From positions 62,001 through 126,000 of the forward strand of contig NZ_MWQY01000006.1 in the NCBI RefSeq assembly GCF_002087085.1: 64,000 nucleotides of DNA, written 5' to 3'. The translations under genes and the position numbers were made by a program. The notes beneath the pieces were generated by a model, which made no database searches, was not told the DNA's origin, and saw only the letters and a program-made list of their open reading frames with translations. Shown here one piece after another: positions 56,756-64,000 of this stretch. Positions within the stretch are counted from its first letter, which is position 1; each line of letters begins with the position of its first letter.

Positions 56756-58279
56756 TCATTGGGCGTCGCGGGTTCTTACCCGCAGCGAAAGTTCGGTACG
56801 ATTTCTTACCTTGAGCTTGGTCATAATATGGTGAAGATGGTTCTTGACAGTCCCTTCGCTGATAAACAGTTCCGCCGCGATCTCTTTATTGCTGTATCCC
56901 CTGGCTACCAGCTCAAGGAGTTCCGCTTCCCTGGGTGTAACACCATACCGGATGATGAGCTCCTCCGTAGTACCGGAATCGGCTGAAGGGTTTTGCAGCA
57001 TCAGAAGTGCCGGAGAGGCCTTGAGTACCAGAAGGTTGGTGGAAATAAAGAGTATCAGCAGGGTTGCAATGGTAGAAACCAGATAGGCCGAAGAACTGTG
57101 GAATGAGGGCCCGAGGATCAGGGTGATCAGGAATCCGAAGGGAGTAAAGTCTCTTGAAAGAATAAGTTCGCGGTAATGGATCGTTTCACCGAAAACAATC
57201 AGAAAGAATATCATCACGGCACCGACAATGATCAAGGCACCCTTGTCGCCCTTTAGAACAACAGCAATGAAACGGATCGCTGCATAGAGGAGCGCTGCAA
57301 GCACAGCCATGAGGAAATAGAGCACAAGGCGGGAGTAGAACAGTACCGGTGTTGCGAGCATAATCAGCGAATTGAGGGCGACAAATCCGCTCATGCCCAG
57401 AAGGAACCAGCGTCCCAGCTTTCCCGGGTAGATTCGATCAAGAGCCCAGATAAAGAGTATCGGGACAGCGTGGCTTGTCAGGTACTCGATTTTTAACTGA
57501 ACAAGCCACTGAATATCCGGAATAAACTGGGTTATCAGCATTTGGCCAAGCAAGAGTACCCGCAAGGCCAGTACCCAGAACATCGCGCTCAATAACAGTG
57601 CCGCTCCGGGTCCGCCGGGTGTTCTGAGAAAGAGAAAAAGATTGTAGATACCCATCATCAGGAAGCTGCCGAAGAGCAGCAGATCGTACATGGTTTCGAT
57701 GGTAAGCATAGAATTGATCTGATCCACCGTACCGATTTGAAGAGGCTTCCACATGCCCCCGCGGCGGTGATGGAAATTGGATACCTGCAACAACAGGGAA
57801 GCACGGTTATCGTCGGTTTCGAATTGCACTGTTCGCATACGGTATTCCGGCTCGGAGCTTTCCCGGCTTGTCCCTACGGTGCCGCAGCCTGCGATCTCTT
57901 TACCGTTTATCCAGAGCTTATAGGCGGTTGAGGCATTGGGAATCCACAATCCTGCCCTCGTCATTTCCGGAGGCAACAGAATATCCAGGGTAAAGGTGGC
58001 GAAACCCGTTCCCCCGACCGGATTCCTGCTGTCCGGCCATTGGTTCCAGGTTCCGGGCATGAGGAAGAATCCATCGGGCTTCGGCTGTTCTCCTCCGTCT
58101 CCGGCGGGTCCCAGGAGTTGTTTCCAGTATATGTGCCACTCCCCGGCAAGATCCACCGGCCCGTTTCGGCCGAAGTCCCATTGCCTGAGATCAATGACTC
58201 CTTCGGATGCCCGGGGAAAAGAAGGTGCGGCACTGCAGCCTCCGCCGAGGAGTGCTGCCCACAGGAGGAGGATCAGCAT
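56756..58279 (-). CDS. 7TM-DISM sensor fused to a LuxR HTH
   Basis: GVIDLRQWDF...LAGEW..YW and LQVSNFHHRRGG extracellular domain; 7+ TM; TPREAELL...GYSNKEIA...TVKNH. Confidence 0.88.
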   Translation of the reverse strand: MLILLLWAALLGGGCSAAPSFPRASEGVIDLRQWDFGRNGPVDLAGEWHIYWKQLLGPAGDGGEQPKPDGFFLMPGTWNQWPDSRNPVGGTGFATFTLDILLPPEMTRAGLWIPNASTAYKLWINGKEIAGCGTVGTSRESSEPEYRMRTVQFETDDNRASLLLQVSNFHHRRGGMWKPLQIGTVDQINSMLTIETMYDLLLFGSFLMMGIYNLFLFLRTPGGPGAALLLSAMFWVLALRVLLLGQMLITQFIPDIQWLVQLKIEYLTSHAVPILFIWALDRIYPGKLGRWFLLGMSGFVALNSLIMLATPVLFYSRLVLYFLMAVLAALLYAAIRFIAVVLKGDKGALIIVGAVMIFFLIVFGETIHYRELILSRDFTPFGFLITLILGPSFHSSSAYLVSTIATLLILFISTNLLVLKASPALLMLQNPSADSGTTEELIIRYGVTPREAELLELVARGYSNKEIAAELFISEGTVKNHLHHIMTKLKVRNRTELSLRVRTRDAQ

Positions 58280-58430
58280 GCATTTTTGTTTTCCAACCAG
58301 AACTAGCGGCTCCAGTGTTATCCCGCCTTTCTCTGTTATTGTCTCATATAGTGGACATTTCGATCTGGATAAAGTCTACCCCCGGGGTCTTGAAAGGTCA
58401 ATCAAGGACCGTAATGGGGAAGGGGTGAAA

Positions 58431-58448
58431 ATGTAACTAAAGTTATAT
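58431..58448. promoter_or_regulatory. Candidate LuxR/NarL-type operator
   Basis: ATGTAACT-AA-AGTTATAT, an 8-2-8 palindrome with one mismatch, in the divergent intergenic region. Confidence 0.45.
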
Positions 58449-58514
58449 AGTTATTTATTACCAATATGGTAATATTTGATTAGTTGAAAGCGAAAGTTTG
58501 GAGGTATAGTCGGG

Positions 58515-59552
58515 ATGAACGGGATAAAACGCACCGGAAAAACAGGAACAGCCGGGTATTTCGTTTTGATTATGCTGGTTTTAACACTTCTCAGCGCCTG
58601 TGCCGATACTGGTGCGACCGGCGGGGACACAGGGGGACTCGCTGCTTCAGCAGCGCCGTATATCATGCCCGAACCTGGGGTTCACTATCTTGTTTCCGGC
58701 AGCTCCCTTACGGTGAGTATTGAATCGCCGTCCCGGGATGCCGAAATCTTCTTTACCCTGGATGGTACGGAACCTGCGGAAAACTCGACGCGCTACGTAA
58801 GCCCCTTCCTCGTAGACAGTTCCATCGTCGTGCGTGCTGTGGCCCTGGAAGACGGCAAGAGGGAGAGCCCGGCCGCCCATGCCACCTTCGTCATTCTGGA
58901 GACAAGCCAGACCAGCGCCCCGCCTCTAATAAGCCCGGCGGGAGGCCTTCGTCACAACCCCACATCCATAAGCATAAGCAGTGCGACTGTGGACGCCAAG
59001 ATTTACTATACCACCGACGGAAGCCTGCCTCATGGTGGATCCACTCTATATGAAGGACCATTTACCATCGATGCCCCGGTGCAGAATGTCCGGGCCGTGG
59101 CGATCAAAGCGGGGGAGGAGCGCAGTTTATCCTCTGCAAGTTTCAGCTTTTCAGCCTCGATGCCGGAGATCCTCCGCAGAGGACAGTGGGAAGGATACTG
59201 GGATCGATCGGGAAGCGGTTCCATACCCGACGGAGGTATTTTCGCCGCTGCATATTATGAAGCTCCGGCCCGGGGTACCTCCCTGACGGCGGGCAGTGCC
59301 ACCGGAGGTGCCGAGATTCGTTTCACAGTCGACGGAAGTATCCCGGAGGAATCCTCCCTTCTTTATAACGGTCGCATGATGGTGTGGTGGGACGGCAATC
59401 CGGGAAACCTGCGGATCGGAGGAAATCTTGTTACCGGGCCGATTACCTCGAGCACTGGGATGAAGATACGCGTTTTCCGGGAAGGCTATGAGCCGAGTCC
59501 GGTACATACCATGGGATTCACCACAGCGGCCCCCACACCGGCCCCGTACTAA
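58515..59552 (+). CDS. Lipoprotein with three Fn3-associated/chitobiase C-terminal-like domains
   Basis: Lipobox LSAC; repeats AEIFFTLDGTEP, AKIYYTTDGSLP and AEIRFTVDGSIP. Confidence 0.85.
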   Translation: MNGIKRTGKTGTAGYFVLIMLVLTLLSACADTGATGGDTGGLAASAAPYIMPEPGVHYLVSGSSLTVSIESPSRDAEIFFTLDGTEPAENSTRYVSPFLVDSSIVVRAVALEDGKRESPAAHATFVILETSQTSAPPLISPAGGLRHNPTSISISSATVDAKIYYTTDGSLPHGGSTLYEGPFTIDAPVQNVRAVAIKAGEERSLSSASFSFSASMPEILRRGQWEGYWDRSGSGSIPDGGIFAAAYYEAPARGTSLTAGSATGGAEIRFTVDGSIPEESSLLYNGRMMVWWDGNPGNLRIGGNLVTGPITSSTGMKIRVFREGYEPSPVHTMGFTTAAPTPAPY

Positions 59553-59561
59553 ACGGAGACA

Positions 59562-60890
59562 ATGCAGATGTATACCAAAAAACGTTTTACTATTCTGCCC
59601 AGGGTACTTGCGGGCATGACGATTCTGACAGTGATTTCCGGCTGCGCAGGAGCCGGTGCGGGAGTCGGTGAAAACAGCGGCGACGCTTTACCAGGCGTAA
59701 CATGGCAGCAGCTTGCCAAATTTACCGGGGGCGCTGAGTCACACACCCAGGCCGGCTTCAGCGTCGCAATCGACGGGCATACGGCGATAGTCGGCGTCCC
59801 CGGTGACGACATCAGAGGCTACAACGCCGGATCTGCCTATGTTTTTGTTCGCGACGGTTCAGGGATCTGGAGCAGGACGGACACACTCACCGCCTCAGAC
59901 GCCGGGGAAAACGACATTTTCGGCTCCAGCGTCGCCTTAAGCGGCGACTTCGCTATCGTCGGAGCGCCCTTACACAACGGTCCCACGGATAACCCTTTTG
60001 ATACGGACGGGATAAGCCGGGACTCCGGGGCGGCCTATGTCTTCGTGCGCAGCGGGGACAGCAGCTGGAGCCAGGAGGCGAAGCTCACCGGCAACAGGGA
60101 CCTGGTCATAGCGGATGACAATTTCGGCTCCAGCGTTGCAATCAGCGGAGACACGGCGATAGTCGGGTCGCCCTATGATGAAAAGGGAACTGCAAACCCG
60201 GACTCCGGGGCGGCATACGTGTTCCGGCGGAACGACGAAGGCAATTGGCCTCAGGAGATCAGGCTCAGCGCCGCCGATGCCTCCGCGGGGGACCAGTTCG
60301 GCTCTCAAGTCGCGATCAGCGGATATTCAGCCATCGTCGGAGCACCCTTCAAAGATGACGGGGGTAACTCTTCCGGATCCGCCTATATCTTTACCCGCAA
60401 CGGCAGCTGGAGTCAGACAAAACTCAGCGTCGACGTCTCGGCAGGGAATCAGCTCGGTTTTGGCGTCGCAATCGACGGCGATACGGCGATTGCAGGGGCT
60501 CCCGGTGGTGGTGACGACTACAGAGGCCTGGCGTATGTTTTTACCCGCGACGCCGCAGGAAGCTGGAACCTGTCGGACACGCTCAGCCCTGTCGACGCCA
60601 CGGAGGGCGCATGCTTCGGCTGGAGCGTGGCTATCGACGGCGACAGCACCATCGTCGGGGCAGTCGGTGACGGTGCCGGCGGCTTTAACTCAGGGGCGGC
60701 GTTTGTTTTTAACCGCAGCGCCGAAGGTACCTGGAACCAGTCGGGAAAGCTCACCGCCGCCGACGCCGTTGCACACAATTGGTTCGGTCACAGCCTGGCG
60801 ATCAGCGGCCAATCCGCGGTAATCGGGGTCCCACGGGATGACGAAGTGGCTCAGAACTCAGGGGCAACGTACTTTTTTGCCCTGCGGTAG
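59562..60890 (+). CDS. FG-GAP repeat (beta-propeller) lipoprotein
   Basis: Lipobox ISGC; seven repeats of FGxSVAIxGxxAIVGAP...SGAAYVF. Confidence 0.9.
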   Translation: MQMYTKKRFTILPRVLAGMTILTVISGCAGAGAGVGENSGDALPGVTWQQLAKFTGGAESHTQAGFSVAIDGHTAIVGVPGDDIRGYNAGSAYVFVRDGSGIWSRTDTLTASDAGENDIFGSSVALSGDFAIVGAPLHNGPTDNPFDTDGISRDSGAAYVFVRSGDSSWSQEAKLTGNRDLVIADDNFGSSVAISGDTAIVGSPYDEKGTANPDSGAAYVFRRNDEGNWPQEIRLSAADASAGDQFGSQVAISGYSAIVGAPFKDDGGNSSGSAYIFTRNGSWSQTKLSVDVSAGNQLGFGVAIDGDTAIAGAPGGGDDYRGLAYVFTRDAAGSWNLSDTLSPVDATEGACFGWSVAIDGDSTIVGAVGDGAGGFNSGAAFVFNRSAEGTWNQSGKLTAADAVAHNWFGHSLAISGQSAVIGVPRDDEVAQNSGATYFFALR

Positions 60891-60913
60891 CTGCCGATGA
60901 CGGTGATTCCTGG

Positions 60914-61513
60914 CTAGGGCTGCCCGTTAAGAAAATTCCGGATTCCTGTAAGGATCATCTCCGCCGAAAGGGCGGAGAGGATCATCCCGGTAATCTTGCT
61001 CAGAATGACGATTCCCCGGCTTCCCAGGGCTCGTTTGATCAAAGACCCGGATAGCAGAACCGCGGATATGCAGGCTACCGCCGACAGCAGGGCCAGGGAT
61101 CCCATCAGCTTTGCGGAGAAGGAGTCGAGTTCCGCTCCCATGACCAGGAGGGTACCGATGGTGGCTGGTCCGACAATTATGGGGATAGCCAGGGGAACCA
61201 CCGCAACGTCCCCGTCATGGGGCACCGCGGCGCTCCCCGCCTGGCCGTGAACCAGACTGATGGCAGAGAGCATCAGGAGCACTCCGGCACCGACACGGAA
61301 GGCATCCAGGGTTATTCCGAAAACCGCGAACATCTGCCTCCCTGCAAAAAAGAGAAGCAGGCTCACCACGGCGGTAGCCCCTGAGACCGAGAGGGCCAGC
61401 CTGCGGCGGCGGTGAACGTCATAGCCCTCGGTCATGCTCAGAAACATGGTAAGACCGAAGAAGGGCGTCAAAACAAAGAACAATTTTATCCAGAGACTGA
61501 AGAATACGGACAT
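60914..61513 (-). CDS. MarC-family membrane protein
   Basis: FGITLDAFRVGAG, VVPLAIP..VGPATI and KITGMIL motifs. Confidence 0.92.
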   Translation of the reverse strand: MSVFFSLWIKLFFVLTPFFGLTMFLSMTEGYDVHRRRRLALSVSGATAVVSLLLFFAGRQMFAVFGITLDAFRVGAGVLLMLSAISLVHGQAGSAAVPHDGDVAVVPLAIPIIVGPATIGTLLVMGAELDSFSAKLMGSLALLSAVACISAVLLSGSLIKRALGSRGIVILSKITGMILSALSAEMILTGIRNFLNGQP

Positions 61514-61548
61514 GGGGGGATATTACACGTTTACACTGCCAATTACCA

Positions 61549-62451
61549 TCATTGAACAGATGCGGCATCCTCCGCCAGAAGCAGGGCCCCCGTGATTCCC
61601 GCCCGGTTCTCCCGCTCAGGAAACACAATATACTCTTCCTGCTCTTCGGTAATCTCGGGCCTGTCCACATAGCCGTTGAGAAACTCCTTCAGGTATCGCC
61701 GTATGGCAGGAAATATCTGGGGCTGGTGCATTACCCCGCCCCCCATAATGATGCGTTGGGGACTCAGCATCAGAACCATGGAGGCCAGGCCCTGAGCGAG
61801 ATACCAGGCTTCCAGGTCCCAGGCGGGATGATCCTCCGGCAGTTCAATCCCCGGTCTTCCCCAGCGCGCCTCGATCGCAGGTCCGGCAGCCATGCCCTCG
61901 AGACAGCTTCCGTGGAAGGGACAGGTTCCGGGAAAGGGATCGTCCCGGCGGGGAGCCACCCGGATATGGCCGACCTCGGGGTGAACAAGACCGTGCAGTG
62001 CTTTGTTGTCGACCACGACCCCGCCGCCGATACCGGTCCCGATGGTCAGGTATAAAAAGGTATCGCAGCCCCGTCCGGCACCATAGAGCCCTTCTCCCAG
62101 GGCTGCGGCGTTTGTATCCGTGTCGAAACCGACGGGCACATTCATTCTGTTTGTAAAGAATCCGACAATATCGGTATCGGCCCACAGTATCTTAGGCGTC
62201 GAGGTAATATTCCCGAAGGTATCTGAAGAAAGATCCAGATCCACCGGACCGAAGGAGCCGATACCCAGGGATGCAATGGGCCCCAGATCCTTTTCGCATC
62301 CGCTAAAGAACTCATACGCCCGCATCATGGTCTCTTCCGGTGTTGTCGTGGGGAAACGGGTTTCCCTGAGTATTTCCACCGGTGAGTAGCCGACAGCGCA
62401 GACAAATTTTGTACCCCCGGCTTCGATTCCGGCAAGCAGCGGTTTGGACAT
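61549..62451 (-). CDS. ROK-family sugar kinase, fructokinase-like
   Basis: EAGGTKF, SFGP, TIGTGIGGG and HPEVGH...CPFHGSCLEG motifs; start MSKPL after AAGGAG. Confidence 0.9.
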   Translation of the reverse strand: MSKPLLAGIEAGGTKFVCAVGYSPVEILRETRFPTTTPEETMMRAYEFFSGCEKDLGPIASLGIGSFGPVDLDLSSDTFGNITSTPKILWADTDIVGFFTNRMNVPVGFDTDTNAAALGEGLYGAGRGCDTFLYLTIGTGIGGGVVVDNKALHGLVHPEVGHIRVAPRRDDPFPGTCPFHGSCLEGMAAGPAIEARWGRPGIELPEDHPAWDLEAWYLAQGLASMVLMLSPQRIIMGGGVMHQPQIFPAIRRYLKEFLNGYVDRPEITEEQEEYIVFPERENRAGITGALLLAEDAASVQ

Positions 62452-62617
62452 TATGCACTCCTTTTTACATATCACTTATGGAGCATTCTATCCCGGTTTT
62501 CTGATTCTGTCGCGGGGTGCGAAGAACCCACCTCAGGCTCCTCCCGGGTCAAATCCAGCTCAACTTAAACAAAAGTTTAACACGAAATAGCTTGACCATC
62601 CCCACAAACATTATTAC

Positions 62618-62638
62618 ACATACAGACAGGTTGTATGT
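62618..62638. promoter_or_regulatory. AcrR-like TetR operator
   Basis: ACATACA-N7-TGTATGT, 3 bp before the TetR ATG. Confidence 0.65.
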
Positions 62639-62641
62639 ATC

Positions 62642-63256
62642 ATGAGACGGACCAAGAAAGAAGCAGAACAGACCAAGGAATCCATCTTTCAGGCGGGGAT
62701 AGAACTGCTGGCCAAAAAGGGGATTCATGAAACCTCCATGAGCGATATAGCCAGGGCAGCCGGCGTTACGCGGGGGGCCATCTACTGGCACTTCGAGAAC
62801 AAGGAGGCCCTCCTGCGGGAGATCCACGGACGACTCCAGAATTTCTATCAGAGCCTGGTGGATGCTGTGCGCAATGATTCAGCTTCCCTTACAGAAAGCC
62901 TCAACAAGACAGTACGACAGCTTTTTAAGAAATACCGGAAGGACGCCGCCTTCAGGCGCCTCCAGGACCTGAGTATCAAAATAAGTGTGCTCTATGCAGG
63001 AAATGATTCCATGGCGAATGATATAATTAAAACAGAAGAGCAGGATATCCGGCTCTTCTGTGAGGCCGTTAATGACAGTCCTGTAACCAAAAGTTGTACT
63101 CCTCTACAGCTCTTCATGATAATGGAATCACTGATTGGGGGCCTCCTGATCCGCCAGTACATACGTCAGGAGTTATTAAGCGATGAAGATATAGATGCCG
63201 CCGTGGCTTTCATAGTCAGGGGTTTTTCCGGCATCGGTGAAATTTCAGATAACTAA
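62642..63256 (+). CDS. TetR/AcrR-family regulator
   Basis: MRRTKKEAEQTK...IARAAGVTRGAIYWHFENK. Confidence 0.93.
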   Translation: MRRTKKEAEQTKESIFQAGIELLAKKGIHETSMSDIARAAGVTRGAIYWHFENKEALLREIHGRLQNFYQSLVDAVRNDSASLTESLNKTVRQLFKKYRKDAAFRRLQDLSIKISVLYAGNDSMANDIIKTEEQDIRLFCEAVNDSPVTKSCTPLQLFMIMESLIGGLLIRQYIRQELLSDEDIDAAVAFIVRGFSGIGEISDN

Positions 63257-63273
63257 ACATCAGGAGAAAACAG

Positions 63274-64000
63274 ATGAATACTAAGCATTTACGAGTGCTG
63301 GCTATTGCAGCACTTTTGGCAGCAGCGCTTACCGGGTGTTCCCGGGAAGCTGAAGAGACAACCCGGAGCATAGACGAAATCCATGCCCAGGAAGGGATTC
63401 CCGTACGGGTTCGGGAATTAAAGCCGGAAACCTTTACGTCCAGACTGGGCTACACATCGTCCCTTACCGGATCGGTGGAGTCCACAGCATCAGCCCTGAT
63501 CGGAGACGTAATCGAGGAAGTTTTGGTTTCGGTTGGAGATTACGTGGAAAAAAACCAGGTTGTCCTGAGCTTTCCGGCGGACAATGCTTCGCTGAATTAT
63601 GAGCAGGTCAGGATCAATTTTGAGAACGCGAAAACCTCCTTCGAACGGATCAGCAGACTCTACACCGCCGAGCAGGGAATCTCCCGGCAGGATTACGACA
63701 ACGCCCGCACCCAGTACGAGATAGCCAAGGCCAACTGGGACACGGTACGGAAAATGAAGGACGTCCGGGCCCCGATCTCCGGGTACCTGACCCGGCTCAA
63801 CGTATTGGAGTCAGACAATGTGAGCCCCGGCGACCCCCTCTTCACGATTTCCAACCACACAAAGCTCAAGAGCACTGTCTGGGTCACCGACCGGGAAATC
63901 GGCAGGATCTCGGTGGGGCAGGAAGCAATCGCCGCCTGGCGGGAACATACTCTTCCCGGACGGGTCATCCAGGTCGATATGGCCATGGACCAGGAACGCA
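63274..64000 (+). CDS. RND efflux periplasmic adaptor (MFP) lipoprotein, partial
   Basis: Not in the ORF track. Manual translation gives MNTKHLRVLAIAALLAAALTGCS...VSVGDYVEKNQV...GISRQDYD...VRAPISG; AGGAG RBS; open to the window end. Confidence 0.88.
   Translation, partial: MNTKHLRVLAIAALLAAALTGCSREAEETTRSIDEIHAQEGIPVRVRELKPETFTSRLGYTSSLTGSVESTASALIGDVIEEVLVSVGDYVEKNQVVLSFPADNASLNYEQVRINFENAKTSFERISRLYTAEQGISRQDYDNARTQYEIAKANWDTVRKMKDVRAPISGYLTRLNVLESDNVSPGDPLFTISNHTKLKSTVWVTDREIGRISVGQEAIAAWREHTLPGRVIQVDMAMDQER

Noticed and set aside
59700..60890. Regularly recurring DNA repeats that could suggest CRISPR or a tandem array
   Set aside because: The repeats are degenerate and in frame; they encode the FG-GAP blades. 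No identical repeat-spacer structure and no cas genes.
63693..63986. 97-aa minus-strand ORF
   Set aside because: Antisense to the RND adaptor gene that runs off the window.

Overview
Chromosomal window from a GC-rich anaerobic-type bacterium, probably a free-living Spirochaetaceae member. This is inferred from the FAEGxxE/AAGQQD-type N-termini of the exported proteins and from the MCP and lipoprotein content; it is not proven. About 50 protein genes are supported. I found no rRNA, tRNA, CRISPR array, transposase or phage gene. In order, the window holds: (1) partial kduI and an IclR/KdgR-like repressor with matching operators; (2) an exported DUF2202 ferritin-like protein, a membrane 4Fe-4S protein, an unknown protein and an OmpR-type two-component system; (3) mgsA, zupT, an MCP, a degenerate HisKA_2 kinase and a gluconate 5-dehydrogenase-like SDR; (4) a sugar-type ABC importer ending in cyclase and M24 hydrolase genes, next to a YesM/YesN-like pair; (5) a membrane AraC sensor with a shortened DctP-like partner, divergent from a TRAP and Zn-dehydrogenase operon; (6) an ABC-2 exporter; (7) a metal block of fprA, feoAAB, a DtxR-like regulator, DUF1007 and NicO; (8) a multi-sensor kinase, a divergent GH36 and a second MCP; (9) a membrane LuxR, OMP, MFS and FtsX-ABC export block; (10) acyl-CoA ligase, PhzF and a split pntAB; (11) a TA-flanked 145-bp MITE-like element; (12) a 7TM-DISM-LuxR facing two surface lipoproteins; (13) MarC, a ROK kinase, TetR and a partial RND adaptor. 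The best candidates for undescribed systems are the AraC plus pseudo-DctP sensing pair, the ABC-cyclase-M24 catabolic operon, the DUF2202 module, and the two membrane LuxR modules. All family calls come from motif recognition by eye; no database search was run.
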